Part shown: positions 25,834-35,604 of the stretch, piece by piece | Layout: each line of letters opens with the position of its first letter | Numbering within the stretch: position 1 is the first letter of the stretch | Translations under genes and position numbers: made by a program | Source of the DNA: a virus | Lineage: Duplodnaviria > Caudoviricetes | Length of the DNA: 39,295 bases | Virus record (IMG/VR): IMGVR_UViG_3300048891_000021 | Span: 1 to 39,295 of that record | Strand: one strand, 5' to 3' | The notes under the pieces: generated by a model | Told to the model about the DNA's origin: nothing | Databases searched by the model: none | What the model saw: only the letters and a program-made list of their open reading frames with translations

Positions 25834-28287
25834 TTATTCTCTTATATCGGTCGGTTCATTAAGGGAAGGCGTTGCATTCGTGCCAAATGCTAGGATTTCC
25901 CAGATTTGGTCGGTCCCATAGCTTGAGAAGGACACCTGTTCTTCAAAGTATTCTACACGATTGTAGGTTTTCTCGACACGAAACTTCGGCGGACGAGCGC
26001 CCGCAGCCGTAAAGTTATCCTCTCCGCCCAAGGAATTCTTACCTAGAGATGTTTTTCCAAGCGATGCCGTGTCTGGCGGAGGCGGGATAGCGCTGTTGTC
26101 AACACCGTTGATGTTCGTGGAGTAATTTGATGCAATTCCGTCCAAGTCTCGTTGAAGATTAAGCGTCAGCGTGGTGTTTGCGGCGATGTATCCCTCCACA
26201 TAACAGGCTGTGGAGCTTTTTCGTACCGTTCGGACACCGGAATTGTTGAACGAGAACGCCGCTACGGCCGATACCGCATGTCCGTCGTCGTTGTATCCAT
26301 TAAACATCCTAAACGTATTCGATGACTGGCTAGAATGGATATAAAGCTCGCCATCAATGATGGATGAACAGGTTGCGGGAATGATTTGCGGGGCTTCCCA
26401 GTACGGATTCCCTACGTCCGTCATGTTGTAGATACGCACCGTGCTGTTCCTTGGGATAAACACGAACAGATACGTTCCTGGTTGTGTGATTGAACCTGGG
26501 AAGTAAGAGATAGAGCCTCCAGTAAAGTCGTATTCCTGCATGTCATTCACGATAGAGCCGGACAAATCCGTGACACGCGGGTCCAAAAGGAAGTTTTGGT
26601 CGATGCCAAGCGTGTTTACAATCGGCTCATTCGAAACATACGCGATGTAATTCTTGATCTTGGTACACATTGCTTGGCTTTGTGCGCCTTGATGAGATGT
26701 GGTCTTCAGACGCTGTACCGTAAGAGTTTCGGCTGTATTGTCAGCCGATAGTTTGAACTCGGTCGTATACCACTGGTCCTTGCCGGCGGAGATATATAGG
26801 TCTGTTTGCTGTGGGATGAGAGAGATGGGAAATCCATCCAAGGTCATCACAGCCCCTTCGCCAACGATACGCACGGGGGATGTGAACGTGTAATCCTTAT
26901 AGTTATTCACCTTGGAAACGTACACACTTCGATCTGTAGATGAAGCGATATAGATTTGGTTTTTCAGGTTAGCAATCAAGACGTTTCCAATGGTACTCGG
27001 AAGACCCTTCATGGCACTGTTCAGCGTGAACTGTGGTGTTTGGAAGATAACCGACTTTAGTGGTTCTCCCGAGGCATCTGGTGAGATGCCCACAAGGAAT
27101 GTGGTCGCTTCGCCTCCCGTATAGGAATACGAGGTCCCGTTAATCATTACCGCTCGCTGTGCGTTCAAATTATAAAACCCCTCTTCATTCCAAGATGCGT
27201 CTCCATATTTTTCGATGTATCCGGTTGCCACGGATGCGATGCTAAACGTGGCATTAACACCGCTTCCTGCGGTTGTCGTGTTCTTTACACCCGTCGAATA
27301 TCCTGTGCCTGGATTGGTCAGAACAAAGGCAACGATAGCTCCTGATGCTGTCACATTCGTGACTTTGATGGTGGCATTGCCACTTCCCGTTGCAATCGTA
27401 AGCGTGTCGCCTATGGCGTAACCGTTCCCAGCAACCGAGCTTACCGCAGTAACATTTGCCGTGAAACCATTTCCACGCCCTCCCGTACCGATCTGGCCAT
27501 TGCCGGTTGCATAACCGCTTCCAGCCGCAACGATACTAATTCCTGTCACCTGGCCTCCCACGGCAGTCCCAACAACCTCAACAACGGCTGTCCCACCACC
27601 TGTCACAGATAATGTTAGTAGATCGCCAATATCATACCCAAATCCACCTGAACCGACGGAAACAGTTTGCACAGCACCGATCTGTTCATAAGAAGCAATA
27701 GAACCGGCGGCATTGCTTACTGATTTCAATACGGCTACCCCTCCCGTCCATTCATTGATACGTGGTTCGCCATTCACGAACAATAGAAAATCTTTTAACT
27801 CGGTATTGAAGTCCCAAAAATCAGCGAAGTTGAAACTCGATGACGAAAGTCCGGTAAGCAAATCGATCCAGTAAACTTCGTTCTTTACGAACACATGTCC
27901 ATCCCACCGCTCTCCGTCCTGCTGGGCCACATAACGAAACTGGAGTTTGCCGGCATTATTCGTATAGTCATAGCCAGCTCGGAGATGAAGCGTGTTCCCT
28001 GAATGGCGTTCCCAGTCGAAAGCCGAGATGATCGGATTACGAGACGTGTCGCGCTGGCCATCCAAGGTATATCCACGACGAATGGCTACGCGCTGGCTTA
28101 CATTCGTCAGGACATTCTGCGAACCAACCACCATGATTCCTGGGGGGAGTGTGGTAATGTCTTCACGATTTCGATAGCCAGCCTGGAACTTTTCAACCAA
28201 AGGGAATTCAAAAACCGGAGCGGATGTGGCGCTCCGTGCTTTCGAGTAGCTGTTTTTTACGTCCAAGTTATTCCCTTTAGCTTTCAT
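25834..28287 (-). CDS. Tail nozzle / packaged-DNA stabilisation protein (P22 gp10-like) with inserted GSGY-repeat domain
   Basis: 817 aa, beta-rich, positioned after the adaptor; internal GxGY repeats. Confidence 0.65.
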   Translation of the reverse strand: MKAKGNNLDVKNSYSKARSATSAPVFEFPLVEKFQAGYRNREDITTLPPGIMVVGSQNVLTNVSQRVAIRRGYTLDGQRDTSRNPIISAFDWERHSGNTLHLRAGYDYTNNAGKLQFRYVAQQDGERWDGHVFVKNEVYWIDLLTGLSSSSFNFADFWDFNTELKDFLLFVNGEPRINEWTGGVAVLKSVSNAAGSIASYEQIGAVQTVSVGSGGFGYDIGDLLTLSVTGGGTAVVEVVGTAVGGQVTGISIVAAGSGYATGNGQIGTGGRGNGFTANVTAVSSVAGNGYAIGDTLTIATGSGNATIKVTNVTASGAIVAFVLTNPGTGYSTGVKNTTTAGSGVNATFSIASVATGYIEKYGDASWNEEGFYNLNAQRAVMINGTSYSYTGGEATTFLVGISPDASGEPLKSVIFQTPQFTLNSAMKGLPSTIGNVLIANLKNQIYIASSTDRSVYVSKVNNYKDYTFTSPVRIVGEGAVMTLDGFPISLIPQQTDLYISAGKDQWYTTEFKLSADNTAETLTVQRLKTTSHQGAQSQAMCTKIKNYIAYVSNEPIVNTLGIDQNFLLDPRVTDLSGSIVNDMQEYDFTGGSISYFPGSITQPGTYLFVFIPRNSTVRIYNMTDVGNPYWEAPQIIPATCSSIIDGELYIHSSQSSNTFRMFNGYNDDGHAVSAVAAFSFNNSGVRTVRKSSTACYVEGYIAANTTLTLNLQRDLDGIASNYSTNINGVDNSAIPPPPDTASLGKTSLGKNSLGGEDNFTAAGARPPKFRVEKTYNRVEYFEEQVSFSSYGTDQIWEILAFGTNATPSLNEPTDIRE

Positions 28288-28290
28288 AGG

Positions 28291-29511
28291 CTAGAAGAAC
28301 CACGGACGGCCCATGAAACGGCCGTAATTGTTGTTTGTAGGCGTGTAGTACTGGCTTGCCGGCTTTTGCACCTCCGACTTGTAGAGAGCTGTGTAGCGCG
28401 CGATTCCAGCTTCGTATTCCTTATTGAAGAACGGACCATCAGCGATGGACGCATCCACACCCTGCTTTTGCTGGGAGGCAAGGAACAGGAAGCGATTTAG
28501 ATAGATCATGTACGCTTCCGTGTCCAAGTTCACGATGTCCGTGTCTGACGTGACGCTCTCTTTGAAAGCACCTAAGGCATTACGGAACATGTACTTCGAG
28601 TAGTACTCCATTTCCAGCACGCGCGGGAGAATAGACGAGATGCCATTCAAACGAACGGCCGTCTGTGGCTGTCCAACGGTGTAGTTCCACGTCACACGGA
28701 CGTATGTGATGTTCGACGGATCAGGCGAACCGACAACGATAGCTCCAAGCCACGGGAAATCAAGTAGGTTCCACGCATTCTGGAACACCGTATTTTCCTG
28801 CGTCATCGTCTGCGTGACCTTGTAGTAGTTGGAAATATCCGAACCCCAGCGATACTCCACGGAGGTAAAGTCCAGCGCCGTCGGCATGAATGTATACAGG
28901 AACTCCGTAGCTTGGTTGATCTGCTCGGCGATATTCACGGATTCAAGCGTCGTATTTTCCAAGTATCCAGTGCCGGTTACTCCGCTCAAATCGAAACTCA
29001 ACGATGAACCACCAACGATGAAGTTGATTTGGTCCTGCTGGATATTCGATGCGTCCCCTCCGGCCGTCCATGTGCCATTCGAGTTCACGTTGTTTACATA
29101 CGAAATGACTACGCCTGGAGTGAGGTTCGGTGAATTTATACGGAGGCTTTTCAGGCCCGTATTGAAGTTGATGGTGAAATCCGGTTGCAACGCAAACGGC
29201 ATGTTGTTCTTGGTCAGATCAAATGCCTGATTGTAGCTCTGCGTCCAAACATCATTCGGATAGCGCGTGAACTGCGGGCGCAGATCAATCACACGATTAC
29301 CCTTCAAATCCACAGGAGCAGCATAATCCCACACTCCATTGAATATGGGTGGCGTTTCTACGATGCGCTTCGTTTCTTGCGGATCAATACGAAGCAGGAT
29401 GTCGGACGCTGCTTGATTGCACAGACCGTAGAAGTTTTGGATCGAGTTGATGGTCGTTCCATGCAAACGAGCCGCAGCATCATTCTTGAGAGTGGCAATG
29501 GTGTATGGCAT
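28291..29511 (-). CDS. Head-tail adaptor-like protein with inserted beta domain
   Basis: MPYTIATLK N-terminal helix, Y..P.D motif, C-terminal helices; ATG 29511 preferred over TTG 29550. Confidence 0.6.
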   Translation of the reverse strand: MPYTIATLKNDAAARLHGTTINSIQNFYGLCNQAASDILLRIDPQETKRIVETPPIFNGVWDYAAPVDLKGNRVIDLRPQFTRYPNDVWTQSYNQAFDLTKNNMPFALQPDFTINFNTGLKSLRINSPNLTPGVVISYVNNVNSNGTWTAGGDASNIQQDQINFIVGGSSLSFDLSGVTGTGYLENTTLESVNIAEQINQATEFLYTFMPTALDFTSVEYRWGSDISNYYKVTQTMTQENTVFQNAWNLLDFPWLGAIVVGSPDPSNITYVRVTWNYTVGQPQTAVRLNGISSILPRVLEMEYYSKYMFRNALGAFKESVTSDTDIVNLDTEAYMIYLNRFLFLASQQKQGVDASIADGPFFNKEYEAGIARYTALYKSEVQKPASQYYTPTNNNYGRFMGRPWFF

Positions 29512-29523
29512 GGGGAATATCGG

Positions 29524-29556
29524 TTTATCCTTGCCCCCGTAAAAGGGCAAAGGAAA
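29524..29556 (-). terminator. Stem-loop after the capsid gene block (attenuator or mRNA stabiliser)
   Basis: TCCTTTGCCCTT-TTAC-GGGGGCAAGGA; no U-tract follows. Confidence 0.55.
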
Positions 29557-29562
29557 CGGACA

Positions 29563-29967
29563 TTACGGCCCTGGACCCGTGTATCCAGTGTAGCCGGTGT
29601 AACCCGTCGCACCCGTCGGACCTGCCGGACCGGTAAATCCGGTGTAACCCGTATAACCAGTCGGACCAGTGACCGCAGGACCGGTGAAGCCGGTATAGCC
29701 AGTCGGACCCGTAGGACCAACTGAACCCGTACCATTCAACGTCCACGTCGGAGAGGCCAACGTTCCGGTATTCTGATAGGTCGTTCCGTTGTCGTAACGG
29801 ATCATCAGACATCCTGGTTCGTAGATACTAGCCGTTGTCGGAGGTATCCCCGAACACTTGGCCAGCCATACGCCCTGTCCGCTGTTACCCGTAGCGGAAC
29901 CATCCGCGGAGGTAAGAGCGGCATCCGAACCATCGGTGAGCGGTGCCCAGAAATTAGAACCTGCCAT
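29563..29967 (-). CDS. Capsid decoration/fibre protein with C-terminal G-Y-T collagen-like tail
   Basis: Directly after the capsid gene; [12 protein letters not shown] followed by GPT/GYT/GFT triplets. Confidence 0.75.
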   Translation of the reverse strand: MAGSNFWAPLTDGSDAALTSADGSATGNSGQGVWLAKCSGIPPTTASIYEPGCLMIRYDNGTTYQNTGTLASPTWTLNGTGSVGPTGPTGYTGFTGPAVTGPTGYTGYTGFTGPAGPTGATGYTGYTGYTGPGP

Positions 29968-29985
29968 AGGAGCGAGGTTAAAGAA

Positions 29986-30909
29986 TTAACCAGTCGAACC
30001 AACGATACCAGCGTAGTCAGGCGCGTAGACCTCCTCACGGAAGTTACCCTGATACAGATAGGTACGGTTGTTCGAGTAGCGCCAGTCGCGGAGGGCGGTT
30101 TCAATGCCCTGACGGATCACGCGGATAACCGAGTGGTCGCGCGTCAGCAACCACCAAGCGGTAGCAGAGCCACCGGCAGCGGCCGAGAGGTACGGGGTGG
30201 TCATCACCTGCATACCGTAAGCCGAGCGGTAGATGTTGAGCGCGTTGTTGGCAGAGTCAGACACGAGAGCGGATTCCGTGACTTCGATAGCCGTCTTAAA
30301 CAATTCAGACGGAACCAAGAGAATCGACGGAACACCACCCTGAATGACGTTGTTCTGGTCAACCTGCGTGCGAAGTTTGACGATACCGTTGTTCAGCGTC
30401 GTCGATGTCAAAGCACCCGTGACCACGTTCGAGGTCGTACCACCCTGAATGAGCGGATGCGCTGCGTTAATCAGCGAGACACCGTCAGCCGTAAGCTGGG
30501 TGGTAAACGAGTTTTTGAACAGATTAAACGCATTCTGGTCCTGCGTAATCGTTGCTTTGCGAGCGAACTTGGACACATCGTTCGACCAAACGCCGTGCAT
30601 GTTGTCATCGAAAAGGTTTTTCGAAAGCTCGATGCTATTGGCGAAGTCGGCGACCTGCACCGTCCATTTGTTCGTTACCTTCGGGGTTGCCGTGGGGACG
30701 ACTTGGACCTCACCGATCTTAGGCCACAGACCTACGTCGGAGTTGATTTCACCAATGTACTGAAGGTTATCGATAGATACTGGCTTGAAAATCTGACCGG
30801 AGCGCGCGGTTGCGATGCCAGGATCAGTTCCATCATACGCAAACTGCTGGTAGAAAACGGTATCCAGCTCGGTGCGGACAATGGCCAGATTTTGTGACTC
30901 GGTAAACAT
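29986..30909 (-). CDS. Major capsid protein (HK97 fold, Mu gpT-like)
   Basis: 307 aa; ADGVSL..AHP, ALTSTTL, PSILLVPSEL, TPYL..AWWL; position after the scaffold; strong codon bias. Confidence 0.85.
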   Translation of the reverse strand: MFTESQNLAIVRTELDTVFYQQFAYDGTDPGIATARSGQIFKPVSIDNLQYIGEINSDVGLWPKIGEVQVVPTATPKVTNKWTVQVADFANSIELSKNLFDDNMHGVWSNDVSKFARKATITQDQNAFNLFKNSFTTQLTADGVSLINAAHPLIQGGTTSNVVTGALTSTTLNNGIVKLRTQVDQNNVIQGGVPSILLVPSELFKTAIEVTESALVSDSANNALNIYRSAYGMQVMTTPYLSAAAGGSATAWWLLTRDHSVIRVIRQGIETALRDWRYSNNRTYLYQGNFREEVYAPDYAGIVGSTG

Positions 30910-30937
30910 ATTCGGTTACGAATTGTCTGGTCAAGAA

Positions 30938-31435
30938 TTAGGCTTTGTACGAAGCACCGGCGCGGATCGAGAAGCGAACGCGACCAGGATATTTCGAAAT
31001 GTCGAGCGGTTCGACAACACAACCATTGTTCGCAGAATCGGAAGCGAGAATGGTGTAAACACCGGTCGTAAGGTCGATAAGCACACGAGCGCCCACAAGA
31101 GCGTCGTATTCGGCCTGCGTGTCCCATGTCGCTGCTACTTTCGGAGCAATGATGTAGGTGAGGTTCGGGTCGAGTTTTGTGACCTTAACCGTACCAGCGA
31201 GGCTGGTGGTTTCCGTGGACGTGGACGAGGCGATACCAGCGGTATAATCCGTTCCAACGACAGGGAAGTTATTACCAGCGGCGGCAACGACGTTACCCGT
31301 CGAATTGCCAAGCGTTTTCGCAACCGGAGTACCAGGAAGGATGGACGACGTAGTGCCGGAAGCTACGGTGAAAAAAGCATCACCAGGATAGCCATATGCA
31401 CCTTCGTCATAGATTTGGATGTCACCCAAAGCCAT
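30938..31435 (-). CDS. Minor capsid / cement protein
   Basis: 165 aa, beta-rich, between scaffold and major capsid genes. Confidence 0.65.
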   Translation of the reverse strand: MALGDIQIYDEGAYGYPGDAFFTVASGTTSSILPGTPVAKTLGNSTGNVVAAAGNNFPVVGTDYTAGIASSTSTETTSLAGTVKVTKLDPNLTYIIAPKVAATWDTQAEYDALVGARVLIDLTTGVYTILASDSANNGCVVEPLDISKYPGRVRFSIRAGASYKA

Positions 31436-31479
31436 AGAGGTAGAAGTTAACCGAAAACCTATGCTTTGAGCGCAGGACC

Positions 31480-32049
31480 TTAGATAGCGCCTGACGGATT
31501 ACGCTTCGCCATCTCTTCCGACTTTTTCAACATCTCATCGTGTTGGGATTCTGGAACTCCCTGCGCTTTCCACCGCTTTTTTAATTCGGCTTGCTGTTCA
31601 GGAGAGAAATAGCTTCCAACGGACGTGGTGCCAGTGGTTGTGCCACCGCCACCCGATGCGACGTTTGAAACGGAAGACTTGGCGTTTAGGGCTAGCGCAA
31701 GTTCTTTGTTCTTGCGTGCCAGCTCTTTTGCGTAGTCGGCCAATGCGCCATCAGAGGATGCCTGCTTTTCTTGAAGCAAACGGTTCTCGATGGATTTGTT
31801 AATGTAAGCCTCCATTTGCACCGGATCGGTAAGGTCCATGTCTGCCATGTCCTTCTTACCTTTCAAGGCAAGCGTAGCCGCGCGATAGTTGTCGCGCTCC
31901 TCGGTCAGCTTCGCGTTCTCTTCCAAGAGAGCGTTCAGCTTGACTTCGGGGTCTTCCACCGGCGCTTCCGTGGATTTGGTTTCAACGCCTGTTGACTGAA
32001 TGGGAGCGATTTCAGTCTTTGCTTCAACTCCCTGACCTTCGTTTGCCAT
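31480..32049 (-). CDS. Capsid scaffolding protein
   Basis: Acidic N-terminus, coiled coil, Gly/Thr linker, C-terminal helix. Confidence 0.7.
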   Translation of the reverse strand: MANEGQGVEAKTEIAPIQSTGVETKSTEAPVEDPEVKLNALLEENAKLTEERDNYRAATLALKGKKDMADMDLTDPVQMEAYINKSIENRLLQEKQASSDGALADYAKELARKNKELALALNAKSSVSNVASGGGGTTTGTTSVGSYFSPEQQAELKKRWKAQGVPESQHDEMLKKSEEMAKRNPSGAI

Positions 32050-32228
32050 AGATTTGATGAACCGCATTGGCCGGAGGCGGCGTTGCTCCGTGAGTCCGTT
32101 GGAACGGAATCAAGTATAAAAATAATCCCCTTTTGGGGGACGACGAAGGTGAGAAACGCTTTGGAAGCTGGGGAGCTTAAAAACAAAGCCCTTCACACCT
32201 TGGTTATCCCCCAAAATGTGTCCCCAGC

Positions 32229-32780
32229 TTACGTCTTCGATTGTAACGAACCGTACTTCGCTGCGCCTTCGGCTATGGAGCGGATGAGGCCCAAATCGTG
32301 CAGCATCATCTTCCCAGCCAAAGCTTGCTCCCAATTCTCGGAATTGAGGACGGCCTTTTCAATCGCTCTCTGCTTTACCGTCTCCTGCATGATAGTCCAA
32401 AGTCTCATGCGAAGCAAAGAGTCCGCTTCCGCCTTTAGCTGTTTGGCATCTGCATCTTTAAGGGGACTGCCCCCGATATGCAAGTGATAGACTCCTTTAG
32501 CATCGGGTCTGGCATCGAGTACGTCACGGAGATCGACCTGAACTCCCATAGGAAGACCGCCTTTCCCGCATTCGTATTTGTGATGGAACTCGGTTTGTTC
32601 TTTCGCGCGCTTTTCCGCCTCTTCATAGCCTTTTTTATAGCCATCCCCAAAGCCGGATGTGAAGCTGTCTGCTTTCTCGTCGGAGAGTTCGTCCTGCAAA
32701 TGTTTAAGCACCCACGATTTGAAACGGTCAGACCACGTTAGAGGACCGTTTCGTTCTTTCTTACAAGAGTTGCACTTCAT
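32229..32780 (-). CDS. Hypothetical protein
   Basis: 183 aa with N-terminal CxxC and GFGDGYKKGY. Confidence 0.7.
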   Translation of the reverse strand: MKCNSCKKERNGPLTWSDRFKSWVLKHLQDELSDEKADSFTSGFGDGYKKGYEEAEKRAKEQTEFHHKYECGKGGLPMGVQVDLRDVLDARPDAKGVYHLHIGGSPLKDADAKQLKAEADSLLRMRLWTIMQETVKQRAIEKAVLNSENWEQALAGKMMLHDLGLIRSIAEGAAKYGSLQSKT

Positions 32781-32968
32781 TAGGCTTTTTTGAATATGTA
32801 ATGCGTTCGTCCCTGCACGGAGTTACATCCGTAGGATGGTTCGTCATCCTTCACAACCCACTGTCCTTCACCAAGTTCGTTCAGATACGCCTGTGTTTCG
32901 GCCTCGGTTGCTGGCGTACACACGCCCATCCTATCTGGCGATTTGGAGTAGACGATAAACACTTTCAT
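32780..32968 (-). CDS. Hypothetical protein
   Basis: ATG 32968 just after the upstream stop; TAATG overlap downstream. Confidence 0.6.
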   Translation of the reverse strand: MKVFIVYSKSPDRMGVCTPATEAETQAYLNELGEGQWVVKDDEPSYGCNSVQGRTHYIFKKA

Positions 32969-32969
32969 A

Positions 32970-33407
32970 CTAGGCTTCCTGCTTTTTAGGTCGTCCGCGC
33001 TTTTTTGGAACGTCTGCAGATACATCATCTACCAAGTCCTGCATTTCCTTAGCCATTTCTTTCATGGCTTTTACCTTCTCCTCTTTCAAACGCACCCGCT
33101 TATCGTTCTCCTTGTCGAACTTCGCTTCCAATTCGGCTTCATGGTCTGCGTAGATACGGTTCATGGTTTCGTCCAGTAGTTTGAAGAACTCGGTTTCATC
33201 GCTCTTCAGAAACTTCTGCATGGATTCTACGTTTATCTTAGCCAAATCTCCATGGGAATGGCCATCGGATACCACGGTATTGTTTACGACCTCGGTCGGA
33301 CGCGATTGCATGATTCCGAATACAGCTTTCAACCGCATACGAATCTCATGCGGAAGCTCTAGCCATTGAGTAGTGGTGAGTTGTGGTTTGAAGGATGGTG
33401 CTGGCAT
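32970..33407 (-). CDS. Hypothetical protein with C-terminal AT-hook-like motif
   Basis: 145 aa ending KKRGRPKK. Confidence 0.7.
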   Translation of the reverse strand: MPAPSFKPQLTTTQWLELPHEIRMRLKAVFGIMQSRPTEVVNNTVVSDGHSHGDLAKINVESMQKFLKSDETEFFKLLDETMNRIYADHEAELEAKFDKENDKRVRLKEEKVKAMKEMAKEMQDLVDDVSADVPKKRGRPKKQEA

Positions 33408-33418
33408 ATCGCTTCATG

Positions 33419-35503
33419 TTAGCCCGTTGGCGGAGGAGGAGCAATTCCCGAGAGCATTGGTTTAAGACCTCCGGCTGGTTGCTGTGGTGGTTGTCCTTGT
33501 GCCGGCGCACCCTGTGGAGGCTGTCCGCCCATCTGTGGCATCGGCTGGCCTCCCACGGCAGAACCAACAAGTTGAGCCATCGGACCGCCTCCCTGCTTGG
33601 ACTTGAGGTACTTGTCTGGGTCTTTCGCACTACGCGGATAGGCCATGAGAAGGAAGTCTCGCGTTACCATGTCCTGATCGAGAGTTGGGTTTTGAATGGC
33701 ACGGTCGTAGGCTTCGAGCATGTACGCACGCTCCACATCTTCCGAGCGCGGGTTCAGCACATCAGGCGATACGACAATCATGTATTGAAGCTCACGGATG
33801 AGACGCGGGTTCACACGCAGGAGTTCAGTTTCGGACTGGTCGCCTCCCTGTTTTTCAAGCGTTTTGTACGACTGGTCCATCTTGTCATCATTCGACATCG
33901 GTTCATCCGACAGACCATCATCCAGCTTGATTTTTTTATGCTTGGCCTTCGAGGACTTGTCTTTGTTGTTCAGGATGAACGTTTTGTAGACCAACTGCGG
34001 GTTGTCCGTAATCGAATCGGCTTGTGCGACAGTCAGGTGCTGGAGAATGTCGTTCAAACGAAGACGACCGAACTGTTTGATGAAAGAGCCGATCATCTGC
34101 ACAAACAGGCCCAACTGTACCTGTTTTTCCTGCTCAATCTTCGAGATTTCGTAGGCCGTGGTCCCACCTCCCTGTTGGGCAATGGGCTGTTCAGAGGTTT
34201 GATTGATGGATTCTTCCACCTTGTTCATGGCTTCAAAGCCCGACTTCAGATCAGTTCCCATCTTGATCGGTGTGAGCTGTGCGTTCGGCGACGATAACGT
34301 CGTTACCTGTCCTGGCACGATGACATTACTTGTGATGATTTCATCGCCCGTGTTCAGGAACGGAGGCATGACGTTCAAGTACGTTCCATCAATAATCATT
34401 GGATAGAGCGTGTTGATGATGGCCGCGTCATGCGAGATTTTGAAAACCAAGCTCTTAAAGTAAAAGCAAGTCGAATCAATAATCTCGTAGCCAAACTTGG
34501 CGAACGGGTACTGCTTATCCCAGCGAGGATTCGGATTATCCGCCGGAGTAACCAAAATTCCATTGACAAGCACCAAGAAGCAGTCCATCGACTTGTTCCA
34601 GTATAAAACTTCTTCATCTTGGTACTGACGCATGTTCGGATCATAGACGTAGTAGAAGCCTTGGTTAGCGTCGTTGAACAGCGCCTGCATCCCAGGCTTA
34701 ACGTATTTGAAGTTCTCCAAGTGTCCGTACTTCTCTTTCATCAGCCGGTGGTCCTGCACACGTCGCCATATCAACCAGCCTTGCTTTTGAATGTCAGGTT
34801 CGTAGAAGTTCTCAATAAAAAACTGGTCTGTTCGGACTACCGTGTCACGGAAGCCGGACATCGTTTCATCTAAAATCTTTTCCTTACGCCATTTGCCATC
34901 TGCCTGTTTTTCACGTTTCACCTCACGGTATACCTCGGCGTACTCGGTATGGATGATAGCCGCCGGCGAGACTAGCGCCTGGATGACCGCTTGGAGCGCT
35001 GTGTAGGCGTAGTCGTACTTCTCGGCACACCATTCCATGAGGTCTTCGATGACCTTGGCCGCGTCTTCTTGATAATCAGAGGCGCTATCGAAAGCGAATA
35101 CACGAGGAAACAATACCCTAGCAGTAGCATGAGCAGCGATGGAAATGGCCTTGTTGCGCTCAATAGGACGCACAGCGTTAGACTGCCAACCGCCAATAAG
35201 ATCGCCAGCGTAAGGATCGCCATTATTCGGCTGGTAGGTATTCCACGCAAGGAAGTCTGTTTGGTCACGGCCTATGGTAGATAGATCATTAAACTCGACA
35301 CGCGGACGATACATGTTCGTATATCCAAGAGCGAAATGGAAGATAACCATCTGACGCATCAATCGCTCCTCTTCGGTCGGATTGTACGATGACGGGTCGC
35401 TCGTCACCATGCCCTTCTGTTCATCCACTTGGATTTGCAGATCAGGCTTTTTCGGTTCGCCGGTGATCGGATTATCCCGCTGTATCGAGTTGATGATCGA
35501 CAT
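33419..35503 (-). CDS. Portal protein (P22-like)
   Basis: 694 aa after TerL; TTAYEI motif; Q/P/G-rich tail. Confidence 0.85.
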   Translation of the reverse strand: MSIINSIQRDNPITGEPKKPDLQIQVDEQKGMVTSDPSSYNPTEEERLMRQMVIFHFALGYTNMYRPRVEFNDLSTIGRDQTDFLAWNTYQPNNGDPYAGDLIGGWQSNAVRPIERNKAISIAAHATARVLFPRVFAFDSASDYQEDAAKVIEDLMEWCAEKYDYAYTALQAVIQALVSPAAIIHTEYAEVYREVKREKQADGKWRKEKILDETMSGFRDTVVRTDQFFIENFYEPDIQKQGWLIWRRVQDHRLMKEKYGHLENFKYVKPGMQALFNDANQGFYYVYDPNMRQYQDEEVLYWNKSMDCFLVLVNGILVTPADNPNPRWDKQYPFAKFGYEIIDSTCFYFKSLVFKISHDAAIINTLYPMIIDGTYLNVMPPFLNTGDEIITSNVIVPGQVTTLSSPNAQLTPIKMGTDLKSGFEAMNKVEESINQTSEQPIAQQGGGTTAYEISKIEQEKQVQLGLFVQMIGSFIKQFGRLRLNDILQHLTVAQADSITDNPQLVYKTFILNNKDKSSKAKHKKIKLDDGLSDEPMSNDDKMDQSYKTLEKQGGDQSETELLRVNPRLIRELQYMIVVSPDVLNPRSEDVERAYMLEAYDRAIQNPTLDQDMVTRDFLLMAYPRSAKDPDKYLKSKQGGGPMAQLVGSAVGGQPMPQMGGQPPQGAPAQGQPPQQPAGGLKPMLSGIAPPPPTG

Positions 35504-35604
35504 ATTGCTAGCTTTATATCACGCTTCAATGCGTATGGTCACATTTTTGAAATGGTCCGTGCGGATTCTAGTCCTGATCGTGGTTATTTTTATCGGAATC
35601 CTTC

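Noticed and set aside
28291-29967. The decoration gene and the adaptor gene are in frame, separated by one TAA followed by a hairpin, suggesting a readthrough fusion
   Set aside because: Being in frame has a 1-in-3 chance, TAA is rarely read through, and the hairpin is adequately explained as an mRNA end or attenuator after the capsid block
30133-30897. 254-aa antisense ORF over the major capsid gene (similarly 33395-34297, 25014-25697, 6662-7276)
   Set aside because: Antisense shadows of codon-biased genes; no motifs or start context
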